Notes under the pieces: generated by a model
Seen by the model: the letters and a program-made list of their open reading frames with translations, nothing else
Databases searched by the model: none
Told to the model about the DNA's origin: nothing
Part shown: positions 52,656-62,510 of the stretch, in pieces
How the letters are laid out: every line of letters begins with the position of its first letter
How positions within the stretch are numbered: the first letter of the stretch is position 1
Made by a program: the position numbers and the translations under genes
Source: an uncultured Candidatus Saccharibacteria bacterium
Lineage (GTDB): Bacteria > Patescibacteriota > Doudnabacteria > UBA920
Length of the DNA: 62,831 bases
Assembly: GCA_964505635.1 (NCBI GenBank)
Contig: CAZDIP010000005.1
Coordinates: 793-63,623, forward strand
Direction: 5' to 3'

Positions 52656-54779
52656 TTATTCCAAATGTATTGTTTGGTCGTTAATTTTTTCCGCTAAAAG
52701 CGGGTAGTGAGAAAGTTTTAAATCATCAACCAATAATTTTTTAGCTTCCTGGCGCGCTTTTGGGATAAGCGATAAGTAGTCAGGATTAAAATATTTGTAA
52801 TCAAAACCAGATTGCTCTTGGCCGAATAACTGGCCAAAGCCCCTTTGTTTTAAGTCAAGCTCAGCGAGTTCAAAACCGTCATTGGTTTTGGTGAAGGACT
52901 CTAGGCGGGCGAGGGTGTCGCTTTTTTCTTTAGACAAAATAGTTTCTCCACCGGGGCCTGAAACTATTTTGTCGTCTGAATATGCCATAGATGGCAGTTT
53001 ATTACTAACAAACAAAAAGCAATAACTTTGGTGATTACTACGGCCTACGCGGCCGCGAAACTGGTGAAGCTGGGATAAGCCAAATCTTTCCGCGCCCTCT
53101 ATAACCATAACCGAAGCATTAGGAACGTCTACCCCCACTTCTACAACTGACGTAGATACTAAAATTTGAGTCGTGTTGGCCAAGAAATCGGCCATGACTT
53201 GTTCTTTATCCTTGCCTTTCATTTTACCGTGTAGCAGCCCAATTTTTAATTCCGGAAATATTTTTTTAAGATTTTCCAGTTCTAATTTTGCAGATTTAAC
53301 ATCGTTGACAACTTCTTCAATCAGAGGCGTAATAACAAACGCCTGCCTGCCATTTTTAACTTCCTGGCTTATAAATTGGTAGGCTTTTAGTCTTACGGCA
53401 TCGCTTATTAGTTTGGTTATAATTGATTTTCTGCCCTGGGGCTTGGTTTTTATAACTGATATGTCTAATTCGTCCGCAAGCGCGAGTTTTAGAGTTCTTG
53501 GAATAGGGGTTGCTGAAAGCGACAGCAGATGAGGGATTTTTTGATTAATTTTAATCAGCCGCGCTCTTTGGTTAACGCCGAAACGATGCTGTTCGTCTAT
53601 AACAACCAAAGCTAATTTTTTGAATTTAATTTTTTCCTGCAAAAGCGCATGCGTGCCTATGTAGAGGCCCGGGCTGCCTTTTTTTATTTTGTCAGTCAAA
53701 TCTTTTTTTGAGTCCGCACCTTCAAAATAGTTATTTGTAAGCAGAAAACTTTTAATTTTTTTCGCGTTGAAATATTTTAAGGCTGTTTCGTAGTGCTGGC
53801 GGGCTAATATTTCGGTTGGCGCCAAAAAGCCCACTTGAAAACCTTCCGCTACCGCTTGCAAAGACGCAATAAGCGCGACTAAGGTTTTACCGCTACCCAC
53901 GTCACCTTCAAGCAGGCGGTTCATAGGAATATTTTTTTCTAAATCCTTCAAAACATCCCAAGTAGCTTGTTTTTGCTCAAGAGTTAATTTAAAAGGCAGG
54001 CTTTCCACAAAAGTTTTAACTAATTCTTGATTGAATTTAATGAGATATGAACCTTTTTCCACATTTTCTCTTTTGTGTTTTTGGGCTACAAGCTGTGAAA
54101 TAAAAATTTCCTCAAAGTCAAACCGGCGGCGGGCGTTTAAAATATCATCGTTAGAATTGGGAAAATGGGCTAGTTTGACAGCATTAGAAATTTCTAGCAG
54201 ACCTTGGTTTTTTATAACATCAAGCGGTAAAATTTCCGGTAGTTCGTTTGTCATATTTAAAACTGAACGCACGGCATTCCGCACCGTGCGGGGGTAGAGA
54301 TTCTGGGTTAAATGGTAAATCGGAACTAGGCGGGCGGTATGAATCGGAAAATCATTGACTTTTTCGTATAACGGGTTGGTTAGCTGAAGGGTGTTTTTAT
54401 AATTTTCCGCTTTGCCGGCTAGAAAGACTTCGTCGCCGGACACTAAAGTTTTAGCCAAATAAGCCTGGTTAAACCAGACGACTTTAAGCGCTCCTGTGTC
54501 ATCTCCGACCAAAGCCTCGGCTAAGGATAAGCGGGAGCGAAAAGAAAAGCGGGAATTAATAGATTTAATTTTTACTTTTACGCTTACATCTTCCCCCGGT
54601 TTTAAATCTTTAATACTAGCCGTTTTGGAAAAATCTAAATAGCGGTAGGGGAGATGTAGTAATAAATCACCTGCTGTTAACAAGCCTAATTTTTTAAAAG
54701 CCGCATTTTGCGGCTTGGTAAGTTTTAATATTTCGGAAAGTTGCAAGTCTAGGGCCATAAGAGTTTTTAAATGAGACAA
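52656..54779 (-). CDS. recG: ATP-dependent DNA helicase RecG
   Basis: N-terminal wedge/OB domain, GDVGSGKT, DEQHRFG and QLHQFRGRVGR. Confidence 0.95.
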   Translation of the reverse strand: MSHLKTLMALDLQLSEILKLTKPQNAAFKKLGLLTAGDLLLHLPYRYLDFSKTASIKDLKPGEDVSVKVKIKSINSRFSFRSRLSLAEALVGDDTGALKVVWFNQAYLAKTLVSGDEVFLAGKAENYKNTLQLTNPLYEKVNDFPIHTARLVPIYHLTQNLYPRTVRNAVRSVLNMTNELPEILPLDVIKNQGLLEISNAVKLAHFPNSNDDILNARRRFDFEEIFISQLVAQKHKRENVEKGSYLIKFNQELVKTFVESLPFKLTLEQKQATWDVLKDLEKNIPMNRLLEGDVGSGKTLVALIASLQAVAEGFQVGFLAPTEILARQHYETALKYFNAKKIKSFLLTNNYFEGADSKKDLTDKIKKGSPGLYIGTHALLQEKIKFKKLALVVIDEQHRFGVNQRARLIKINQKIPHLLSLSATPIPRTLKLALADELDISVIKTKPQGRKSIITKLISDAVRLKAYQFISQEVKNGRQAFVITPLIEEVVNDVKSAKLELENLKKIFPELKIGLLHGKMKGKDKEQVMADFLANTTQILVSTSVVEVGVDVPNASVMVIEGAERFGLSQLHQFRGRVGRSNHQSYCFLFVSNKLPSMAYSDDKIVSGPGGETILSKEKSDTLARLESFTKTNDGFELAELDLKQRGFGQLFGQEQSGFDYKYFNPDYLSLIPKARQEAKKLLVDDLKLSHYPLLAEKINDQTIHLE

Positions 54780-54803
54780 AAGCGACTCATGGGATTTTTC
54801 CGT

Positions 54804-54880
54804 TGGTGACTTCGGCTGGAATCGAACCAGCGGCCTTCTCCTTCGGAGGGAGACGCTCTAATCCACTGAGCTACGAAGCC
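54804..54880 (-). tRNA. tRNA-Arg (anticodon CCG)
   Basis: GGCTTCG TA GCTC AGTGGATTA GAGC G TCTCC CTCCGAA GGAGA AGGCC GCTGG TTCGATT CCAGC CGAAGTC A CCA. Confidence 0.93.
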
Positions 54881-54890
54881 TTGATTAGGC

Positions 54891-55361
54891 TTAAAATTTT
54901 AGTTTGTGCATTAATTTTTGAGCGGATGTCTCTTTGGTATATTCATGTTCCGGCAGGTTTTGGATCAAAAATGCGCGTACTTCTTCTGGATCCTGCCCTT
55001 CCAGTTCAAATATAAGCACGTTGTTTAAATAAGTCGTGGTAATTATATTTAAGGTTTTATGATTTTCGGTATTTACTATCCAAAAAGATTTAAGTTGTTT
55101 GTATGGAAAATGGAGACTTCCATAATTAATCCCTTTAGAAGTAAGTTCTATGTCAAGAATTTCCGGTTTCTGTCTGGAAAAAAATACAATACAAGCAGTT
55201 AGCAGCAGCATGGTGACGGCTGCAAAAATATCTTTTTGGATTATAAAAAAACCAATTATTAATATGCCTATTGCGGTTAAAGTTACATACCAACCGGAGG
55301 TTTTTTCGTAGTGCTTAAACTCCGGAGCTTGCCAGGATATATTATTTTTGTTTGCGCTCAT
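54891..55361 (-). CDS. hypothetical membrane protein (two TM helices plus a small C-terminal domain)
   Basis: 156 aa with TM helices WYVTLTAIGILIIGFFII and AAVTMLLLTACIVFF. Confidence 0.5.
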   Translation of the reverse strand: MSANKNNISWQAPEFKHYEKTSGWYVTLTAIGILIIGFFIIQKDIFAAVTMLLLTACIVFFSRQKPEILDIELTSKGINYGSLHFPYKQLKSFWIVNTENHKTLNIITTTYLNNVLIFELEGQDPEEVRAFLIQNLPEHEYTKETSAQKLMHKLKF

Positions 55362-55490
55362 ATTTATTTTGCGTGAATGATCAAACTTTAAGCAAAAGAA
55401 TTTTATGGTAATTTTTAATCACTCCTGTTGCTAAAAATTAGCCAGATTTTTATTTTCGTGATTTTAGCGGGTTTTCTTATGGTTTAGGCG

Positions 55491-55580
<90 letters not shown>

Positions 55581-55798
55581 AAAATTTACCTTGGGATTGA
55601 TGTGATTATACCAATTTCTAGCAAAGAAATCAAACCTTTTAGCTTCGGATAATAAAAAAACCCGCTCTAGAACAGGTTTTTTTATTATCCGTTTTGTAAC
55701 GGACGCTCTATTTTAGTTTCAGGATGCCGTCAAAATTTACGGCTTGCTACTGTCCTGAAAGGGATTAAGATTAAATCTTAATCCGATCAGGCCACTAG

Positions 55799-57007
55799 TT
55801 ATTGATTAAAATCAGTTTGCGGAGAAGGATCTTCTAAAATAAATGAACTAACCGTGGATTTTTCTTCAATCATACTCTCGGGGGTAGGCTCGGGTCGTGG
55901 TGGAGCGACATTTTTTTGGCTTTCAGGAGAAGTGGTTGACTCTGGTGTGCTGGTGTTAGTGGGAACTGTTGCGTCCGCATTAGTAAATTCACCTTTTATA
56001 TCAGTTTTTATTTCAGGCAACAAAATCAAAATTTTTCTGGCAATGATCCTGCCTTCTTCTTTTTTTCCCTGGACATTTATTTTATTGCCTAGTTTTAAAT
56101 TTTCGGTGTTCAAGGTTTTTCCTTCAGAGTCCATAAGTATAGTACTCTCAATTAGTGTAAATTCAGTTTGTTCAACTGTAATGGAGCTCTGATCTAACTT
56201 GGTTAAAGAGCCGGTTATGCTGACTTTTTCAGACTCCGGATCCAAAAAGGTTAAAGATGCTTCGTTGCCTGCTATGGCAATATAGTTTTTGATCTCAGTT
56301 ATTTTATTTAAATTTTCTTTGGTGGCTACCAAGGCGTTTTTAGTGACAGAATCCAGCTCTTCATCGGCTTTAATGGTATTTAAAAGTTCCGCCTGCTGTT
56401 TGTTTAAAGTTTCAGCCGAGGTTACAAGCGGGTGATTAATTTGGTTTAAAGTATTATTTTTAGCTGCCTGGTTTAGGGTGTTTACACTATTTTTTGATTC
56501 GGTAATCAGCTCATTTAATACTGCCTTTTCTTTTCTTGGATCTATGGACGGGTCGTTTAGAACTTTCTGAGCCTCGTTTAGCCTTTTTTGCGCAATTTGC
56601 AATTGCAGATTAACTTTAGCTTCTTCTGACATGGTAAATTTAAGCTGAATTTGTTCGGAGGCGTGCTTTAAAGTGAAGAGTTTTTGACCGGGGACGCTAG
56701 TGTATGCCATAAGGCCAATCGCCGTGCAGCTGGATACTAACAAAAGGGAGCTTATGCCCGCGGTCAAAAGCTTAGAAAAGGGCGTCCAGATAAATGCTGA
56801 TTTCTCCTGGGCCGATAAAATATATTTTCTTCTGAGCAGTGGCTGCGGAACTTCATTTTTTGGGATGCTGTAAAGTTTTTTAGCGATTTCTAAAAGCGCC
56901 TGACCCTCTTGCTCGGTCCCAGAGAAACTTAAAAAATCCTCTTTATTATAAGGGTTTGCTTTAATATGTTTTAAGGCCTCATTAAAATTGTATTCTTTGT
57001 TGTCCAT
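55799..57007 (-). CDS. putative anti-sigma factor-like membrane protein (DUF5667-like)
   Basis: Overlaps the upstream ECF sigma gene by 26 nt. One TM helix lies at about aa 80-100, followed by a coiled-coil-rich extracytoplasmic part and a Pro/Thr/Ser-rich C-terminus. Confidence 0.55.
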   Translation of the reverse strand: MDNKEYNFNEALKHIKANPYNKEDFLSFSGTEQEGQALLEIAKKLYSIPKNEVPQPLLRRKYILSAQEKSAFIWTPFSKLLTAGISSLLLVSSCTAIGLMAYTSVPGQKLFTLKHASEQIQLKFTMSEEAKVNLQLQIAQKRLNEAQKVLNDPSIDPRKEKAVLNELITESKNSVNTLNQAAKNNTLNQINHPLVTSAETLNKQQAELLNTIKADEELDSVTKNALVATKENLNKITEIKNYIAIAGNEASLTFLDPESEKVSITGSLTKLDQSSITVEQTEFTLIESTILMDSEGKTLNTENLKLGNKINVQGKKEEGRIIARKILILLPEIKTDIKGEFTNADATVPTNTSTPESTTSPESQKNVAPPRPEPTPESMIEEKSTVSSFILEDPSPQTDFNQ

Positions 57008-57608
57008 AGTCAGATTTAAAATTTTCTTCCTGTTTAATTAGTTCCTGAAGCTTCATAATCGCTCTATGTTGAATTACTCTTATTGACCCTTCGCTTTTGT
57101 CCGTTAGGGCGGCGATTTCGGAATTGTCTAGCTCATCAAAAAATTTAAGCTTAATTATCGTTTGCTGCACCGGGTCTAATTTTTTTAACAATTTTAGTAA
57201 AAATTTTTGTTGTTGATCGAGATTAATAATATCAACTACATTGCTTTCGTATTCTAAAGTGTTTTCCAGTTCGTCTAAGGCGACAGTGAATTTTTTTGTT
57301 CTGTAATAATCAATAACAGTGTTTCGGGCAATTTGGTAAAGCCAGGCTTCAAAAGTTTTAGTTTCAGTGATGGAATTAATTTTTACGTAAGCTTTGACAA
57401 AAACGTCTTCACACAAGTCTTCGGCGACTTCTTTGTGCCCGACTCTAAAATAAACAAAACGGAAAATTTTTTTAAAAAACAGGTCGTAAATTTGGCCAAA
57501 AGCCCCGTTCTGGCCAAATTTGGCTTGTTCAACCAAAATTTTCAGGCCATCTTCCGAATAACCCTTATTATTTAGGGAACTAATATGTAAGACGAAAGGC
57601 TTATCCAT
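56982..57608 (-). CDS. ECF-type RNA polymerase sigma-70 family factor
   Basis: Region 2: FFKKIFRFVYFRVGHKEVAEDLCEDVFVKAY ... WLYQIARNTVIDYYR. Region 4: ELDNSEIAALTDKSEGSIRVIQHRAIMKL. Confidence 0.88.
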   Translation of the reverse strand: MDKPFVLHISSLNNKGYSEDGLKILVEQAKFGQNGAFGQIYDLFFKKIFRFVYFRVGHKEVAEDLCEDVFVKAYVKINSITETKTFEAWLYQIARNTVIDYYRTKKFTVALDELENTLEYESNVVDIINLDQQQKFLLKLLKKLDPVQQTIIKLKFFDELDNSEIAALTDKSEGSIRVIQHRAIMKLQELIKQEENFKSDYGQQRIQF

Positions 57609-57727
57609 TTGTTACAAATCCATGATTAAGTAAAAAATATATAAAAAAGTCAAATTTTAAACAAACAAACACTTTATAAATCTAATATATTGTAGCATAA
57701 AGCCCGATTTTTTTAGCAAATAAAAAA

Positions 57728-57750
57728 GTTTCATTTCTGAAACTCTTTTT
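57728..57750. terminator. bidirectional hairpin terminator
   Basis: GTTTCA-tttc-TGAAAC with A/T runs on both sides. Confidence 0.55.
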
Positions 57751-57771
57751 TCGTTGGCGTTAAGTTTCTAC

Positions 57772-57792
57772 TGGCGGAAGGGGAGGGATTCG
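57772..57792 (-). repeat. exact 21-nt duplicate of the 3' end of tRNA-Ser(GCU)
   Basis: TGGCGGAAGGGGAGGGATTCG occurs at 57772-57792 and at 57947-57967. The first copy has no matching 5' half. Confidence 0.9.
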
Positions 57793-57946
57793 GCCACCTC
57801 ACGCTAGTCTCCTCAAGCTTACAGTTTTCGTCGACTCACGCTACGGCGACCCCAGACGTTCCAAGTCTGCCACTGGCAGGCTTGTTCCTTTTTTCGAATC
57901 CCGCAATGCCATGGAAACTCCGCCCACTTCGTGGGCAGACTTTTCA

Positions 57947-58038
57947 TGGCGGAAGGGGAGGGATTCGAACCCTCGAAAGGATTTGACTCCTTTACCGGTT
58001 TAGCAAACCAGCGCACTAGGCCTCTATGCGACCCTTCC
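57947..58038 (-). tRNA. tRNA-Ser (anticodon GCU)
   Basis: GGAAGGG...CTGGT TTGCTAA ACCGG with a long variable arm, then GAGGG TTCGAAT CCCTC CCCTTCC G CCA. Confidence 0.92.
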
Positions 58039-58097
58039 AAAACCATTGACTTAAGTAAATTTGATGATATTGCGTTTAGGGTATTTTATCAAATCGC

Positions 58098-58838
58098 TTA
58101 ATCTTTCGCAACCGTTAAACACCAAACGTTTTTTGCGCCGTTTTCTTTTAAAATTTTTGTTGCCTCAATCAACGTAAAGCCGGTAGTTGCCACGTCGTCA
58201 ACCAAAATAAAACTTTGATTTTTAAGGCTTTCAGAGCGGTTTTGTAAGCTAAAAGCTCGTTGTATGTTTTTTATTCTTTCTTCCCGCTTTAGATTTTTTT
58301 GAGTTTTAGTTATTTTGTTCCTTTTTAAAATTGTTTTTATGGGTAAATGCAAATCAAGAGACAGTGCTTCGCATAAAATTTCAGCCTGGTTAAAGCCCCG
58401 CCAGCTTTGCCGCCATTTGTGCAAAGGGATAGGCACAAGCGTTAACGGTTGGCCGGTTTTTAGTATGCCTGGATAGTGTTGTAAGATTTTTAATGATGCC
58501 AACTCTCCTAAAATTATAAAGACATCTTTTAAAAAGTAGTATTTGCCGTGGATTATAAGTTTGGAAACATTTTTATCTTTGTAATCATAAAAACTAATAA
58601 GCCCGTCGGGCGTGTGTTTGTTTTGGCAGTTTGGGTGGGTTTGGCCTCCCACAGAAGGTTTTTTGCAAACAATACAGCATTGCGACTCGTTTAATTTTAA
58701 TTTTTCTTTGCAAATTACGCACAAAAATTGTTTATTTTCAACTTCGCAAATCAGGCATTTTATTGGAAACAATGTGTCTAAAATAAAAGTTTTTATGTCC
58801 GTGAAAAATGGTTTTAAAAAAGATTCATACATATTCAT
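58098..58838 (-). CDS. comFC: ComF family protein (ComFC-like phosphoribosyltransferase fold)
   Basis: N-terminal CxxC...CxxC zinc finger (CLICEVENKQFLCVICKEKL ... CCIVCKK). C-terminal ILVDDVATTGFTL is a PRTase motif. Confidence 0.85.
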   Translation of the reverse strand: MNMYESFLKPFFTDIKTFILDTLFPIKCLICEVENKQFLCVICKEKLKLNESQCCIVCKKPSVGGQTHPNCQNKHTPDGLISFYDYKDKNVSKLIIHGKYYFLKDVFIILGELASLKILQHYPGILKTGQPLTLVPIPLHKWRQSWRGFNQAEILCEALSLDLHLPIKTILKRNKITKTQKNLKREERIKNIQRAFSLQNRSESLKNQSFILVDDVATTGFTLIEATKILKENGAKNVWCLTVAKD

Positions 58839-58946
58839 AATCGTTATGACGATTCCAACAAAGTCGGAAGAAACAATTTATAGTTTAGTATAAAGTAGCA
58901 AGTAGTAGGCAAATATAAAATTAGTTTAACAAAATTTTCGGCAAAT

Positions 58947-59320
58947 GAAAAAGACTGTCTGCACCTGACAGTCTTGTGCTAATAGCAAACGCAATTTTTT
59001 TGGGTCATCGGCATCGCCGATGTGACACATACCCTTAAGCGTTGCGTGGTGCTGCTTGGGGCTGCGCATGGTTAGCCCCCACCATAAAGATGAAATTATT
59101 TGCCCTCTGTTTTTTGCCCGCCTCCTTGCGGGCCTACTTCCCCGCGCATTGCTGCGCGGTTTTTCGGTATGACGACGAACCTTCCCGTACTCTCTAACCG
59201 TGCCTTCGCGTCCAGCACTACGACGTGGTTAAATATACGAACCAAGGCTGGATTGATAGCCCAGCTGGCAGGTCTAAACCCTTTTTCAGGGCGTCGGATT
59301 AAATGATTTTATCAAAAAAC
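58947..59320 (-). ncRNA. candidate structured RNA (about 370 nt) between the clpC terminator and comFC; class unknown
   Basis: GC-enriched. Strong minus-strand hairpins include CCGCGCA-GCAA-TGCGCGG (GNRA loop), GCCCGC-aaggag-GCGGGC, GGGGCT...AGCCCC and CATCGGC-gat-GCCGATG. It has its own terminator, AGACTGTC-N7-GACAGTCT plus TTTTTC, at 58947-58974. Confidence 0.45.
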
Positions 59321-59346
59321 AGAGAGAGAGTCAATAGAAGAAAAAT

Positions 59347-59374
59347 AAAAAACCTCGCAATTTGCGAGGTTTTT
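59347..59374 (-). terminator. clpC intrinsic terminator
   Basis: AAACCTCGCAA/TTGCGAGGTTT hairpin followed on the minus strand by TTTTTATTTTT. Confidence 0.8.
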
Positions 59375-59388
59375 AGGAAATAAATTAA

Positions 59389-61941
59389 TTATACCGGTAC
59401 GGGAATTTTTGCTGAATATTTTTGGAAAGAAAAAACAATTAAGTCTTTTTTTACATCCGCTGAAATTTGCTTTCCTACCTTAGCTTTCCCGGCAATAATT
59501 TTTTCTGCCAGCGGGTCTTCTAACAGTTCCTGGATATTTTTGCGTACAAAGCGCGCTCCCTGGCTTGGGTCAAAGCTTTTGTCGGAAATATATTTTATAA
59601 CCGCGGGCGTGACTTTTAACATTAGGTCCTGCTCAAGGAGCCTGGTTTGTAAATTTGAAATTTGCAGCTGGGCGATTTTTTTAAGTTCCTGCAGGCCTAA
59701 AGGCTTAAAGACAATCACCTTGTCTATTCGGTTTAAAAATTCCGGCTTAAAGTCTTCTTTGAGTTTTTCTAAAATGCCTTCTTTGATTTTTTCATACTCT
59801 TTTTCAAGTTTCAGCTGGTAGCTTAGCTGTTCGTCTTTTTCCGCAAAGCCGATTTTGGTTGCCTGCATGGTTAGTTCCCGCATGCCTAAATTGGAAGTCA
59901 TAATAATTACCGTATTGCGGAAATTTACAGTTTTGCCGGCCGCGTCGGTTAACTGCCCGTCTTCCAGAATTTGCAGTAAAATATTAAATACGTCGGGATT
60001 GGCTTTCTCTATTTCATCAAACAATACCACGCAGTAAGGTTTGCGACGCACGGCTTCCGTGAGTTTGCCGCCTTCGCCGTATCCCACATAACCGGCCGGG
60101 GCGCCTATAAGCCTTGAAACATTGTGCCTTTCCATAAATTCAGACATGTCCACCCGCACCAACGCGGTTTCATCTTCAAAAATTTCGTTAGCTAAGATTT
60201 TAGCGGTTTCGGTTTTGCCTACACCAGTGGGCCCTAGGAAAATAAAGGAGCCTAAAGGGCGTTTGGGGTCGGTTATGCCGGCGCGGCTGCGCTTGACTGC
60301 TTTGGCCACCTCTTCCACTGCCTGGTCCTGGCCGATAACTTTGGATTTTAGAATTTTTTCCAAAGCAGAAAGTTTGCCAAGCTCTGTTTTGGTTAGTTTA
60401 TTAAGCGGTATTTTAGTCATCATTGAAACTGTGTGGGCAATATCTTCCGCAGTTATTATATGGGTCGGAACTTGTTTTTCCGCCATGAGGCTTTGGCTTA
60501 GTTCATTTTTTTGTTTGAGTAATTTTTCTTCCTGAGCCCGAAGGTGCAGGGCAGTGGTAAAATCTTGGCTTAAAACGGCCTTGGTTTTTTCCTGCTCCAG
60601 GCTTTCCAAGTCGCTTTCAATTTTTTTTGTAGCCCTAAGCAATTTACTGTTGCTGTTTAAAGAGCGCAAGAAAGCCGCGGTTTCATCTATTAAGTCAACA
60701 GCCTTGTCGGGCAAAAAGCGGTCGGAAATATAGCGGGCGGATAGCTCCACTGCCGCTGTAATAGCTTCGTCGGTAATGGTGACATTATGGTGTTTTTCGT
60801 AATTAGGCCTAAGGCCTTTTAATATTTGAGCTGTTTCATCACGACTCGGTTCTTCCACTGTTATGGCCTGGAACCTTCTTTCTAAAGCCGCATCCGGTTC
60901 AACATGTTTTTTGTACTCGGCCAGCGTAGTGGCGCCAATGGCTCTAAGTTCGCCCCGGGCGAGGGCGGGTTTTAGAATATTGGCCGCGTCTAAAGAGCCG
61001 GTAGTGGCGCCGGCGCCTACCATGGTATGAAGCTCGTCTATGAATAAAATAATATTCGGGTCAGCTTTGACTTCCTCAATAATTTGTTTGAGGCGGTTTT
61101 CAAATTCACCGCGAAACATGCTTCCTGCGACAATTAAAGCCAGGTCTAAAGACAGAATTTTTTTGTCCAGCAATGAGTCAGGTACCTCGCGTTTGGAAAT
61201 TGCCAAAGCCAGTCCCTCCACTATGGCGGTTTTGCCAACACCGGCTTCGCCGATTAAGAGGGGATTATTTTTAGTCCTGCGATTTAGAATGCTGACCATG
61301 CGTTCTATTTCTTTTTTTCTTCCGATAACCGGATCAACTAAACCTTGGGAGGCTTTTTTGGTTATGTCAGTGGTAAAATATTCCAACAGGCTTTGTTTTT
61401 GCGCTCCGGGTCTTTGCGGCCCCATTTGTGGCATGGGACCTTCTGACTGGTGACCCGGTATTTCGTTTTCGGGCATTTCAGGGAATTTGGAAATATTTTC
61501 AAAGACGGAAAGCAGATTTTCTTTTAACTCACTAATATTAATTCCCAATTTTGAAAGAATCACCTTTGCCCGGTTTTGTTGAGCGCTTATAATGCCGTAT
61601 AAAAAGTGCTCCGTGCCAATAAATTGATAGTTGTACTGGCTAGCTATAATGGCTGATTTTTCAATGGCGCTTTTTAAATTTTCCGACAGTACCGGCTTCC
61701 AGGCAGCAACCTGATTGTTAGTGTTAACAAAAAGCAGTTCTTGTTTGACTATTTCAGGCGTTAATTTGGTTTTTGTTAATACCTCGGCTGCAAAACTGGA
61801 TTTTTCGGAAATTACTCCATAAAGCAAGTGTTCGGTGCCAATATGGTCATGTTTTAATTCTTCACTCGCAAGCTGCGCAAAAATTAAGGCATTTTTTGCG
61901 CGGGAAGAGAGCCGTTCTAAAATAGAAGAGAAATTAGTCAT
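59389..61941 (-). CDS. clpC: ATP-dependent Clp protease ATP-binding subunit ClpC-type (class I AAA+)
   Basis: Two Clp_N repeats ([20 protein letters not shown]) and two Walker A sites ([19 protein letters not shown]). The middle domain is short (about 70 aa) and ClpC-like with [25 protein letters not shown]. An IGF ClpP-docking tripeptide is present. Confidence 0.92.
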   Translation of the reverse strand: MTNFSSILERLSSRAKNALIFAQLASEELKHDHIGTEHLLYGVISEKSSFAAEVLTKTKLTPEIVKQELLFVNTNNQVAAWKPVLSENLKSAIEKSAIIASQYNYQFIGTEHFLYGIISAQQNRAKVILSKLGINISELKENLLSVFENISKFPEMPENEIPGHQSEGPMPQMGPQRPGAQKQSLLEYFTTDITKKASQGLVDPVIGRKKEIERMVSILNRRTKNNPLLIGEAGVGKTAIVEGLALAISKREVPDSLLDKKILSLDLALIVAGSMFRGEFENRLKQIIEEVKADPNIILFIDELHTMVGAGATTGSLDAANILKPALARGELRAIGATTLAEYKKHVEPDAALERRFQAITVEEPSRDETAQILKGLRPNYEKHHNVTITDEAITAAVELSARYISDRFLPDKAVDLIDETAAFLRSLNSNSKLLRATKKIESDLESLEQEKTKAVLSQDFTTALHLRAQEEKLLKQKNELSQSLMAEKQVPTHIITAEDIAHTVSMMTKIPLNKLTKTELGKLSALEKILKSKVIGQDQAVEEVAKAVKRSRAGITDPKRPLGSFIFLGPTGVGKTETAKILANEIFEDETALVRVDMSEFMERHNVSRLIGAPAGYVGYGEGGKLTEAVRRKPYCVVLFDEIEKANPDVFNILLQILEDGQLTDAAGKTVNFRNTVIIMTSNLGMRELTMQATKIGFAEKDEQLSYQLKLEKEYEKIKEGILEKLKEDFKPEFLNRIDKVIVFKPLGLQELKKIAQLQISNLQTRLLEQDLMLKVTPAVIKYISDKSFDPSQGARFVRKNIQELLEDPLAEKIIAGKAKVGKQISADVKKDLIVFSFQKYSAKIPVPV

Positions 61942-62010
61942 AAGTTTAGAGAATAGCGATTAGTGTTTAGAAAATAGAATCTGTTACACTGTAATTATAC
62001 TATATTTTAA

Positions 62011-62039
62011 AGTATATCTTTCATTATCACTCGTGTCAA
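62011..62039 (-). promoter_or_regulatory. clpC promoter
   Basis: On the minus strand: TTGACA (62034-62039), 17 nt, TATACT (62011-62016). Confidence 0.65.
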
Positions 62040-62050
62040 TAGAGTGATAA
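62024..62050. promoter_or_regulatory. CIRCE-like inverted repeat (candidate HrcA operator)
   Basis: TTATCACTC-N9-GAGTGATAA against the CIRCE consensus TTAGCACTC-N9-GAGTGCTAA. There is one symmetric substitution, and the N9 spacer contains the clpC -35. Confidence 0.7.
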
Positions 62051-62060
62051 AAATAAATTT

Positions 62061-62510
62061 TTGATAATGTTTGAAGATTTACCTGAGAATAAAGAAAGAG
62101 CCTACAATTACGCAATTTATTTGCTAGGTCTTAAACTGCGGACTGAAGGTGAAATTAGGGAAAAGTTACGGGTTAAGGGTTATCCGCTACTGGTTATTGA
62201 TGTGGTAGTACATCAGCTAGCGGAAAATCGGTATTTAGACGACCAAAGGTATGCCGAAATATATTTGGATAATTTAAAAAAATATAAAACTTTTGGCTAT
62301 TACGGGATTAAAAAAAAGCTGATGGAAAAACGGTTGCCGCCAAATATAATTGAAAGTGTTTTGTGTGAAGGCTTGAGTGAGGAAGAGGAAATGAAAATCG
62401 CTAAGAGATTTTTGATAAAGCAAACAGAAACCGAAAAACAAAAATTAGCTCAGAAGTTAAAGGCAAGGGGATTTAGAGCTAATTTGATTTTTATAGTTAT
62501 GGGGTTTTAA
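62061..62510 (+). CDS. recX: recombination regulator RecX
   Basis: AYNYAIYLLGLKLRTEGEIREKLRVKGY ... LDDQRYAEIYLDN shows a three-helix repeat pattern. The start is TTG at 62061 or ATG at 62067. Confidence 0.85.
   Translation: MIMFEDLPENKERAYNYAIYLLGLKLRTEGEIREKLRVKGYPLLVIDVVVHQLAENRYLDDQRYAEIYLDNLKKYKTFGYYGIKKKLMEKRLPPNIIESVLCEGLSEEEEMKIAKRFLIKQTETEKQKLAQKLKARGFRANLIFIVMGF

Noticed and set aside
57819-58046. 75-aa ORF overlapping tRNA-Ser(GCU), and the 70-aa ORF at 54803-55015 overlapping tRNA-Arg
   Set aside because: Both run through clear tRNA genes and neither has coding signals.
59100-59306. 68-aa ORF in the clpC-comFC spacer
   Set aside because: It has a Pro/Arg/Ala-rich translation and no RBS, and it lies within the hairpin-dense block read on the opposite strand.
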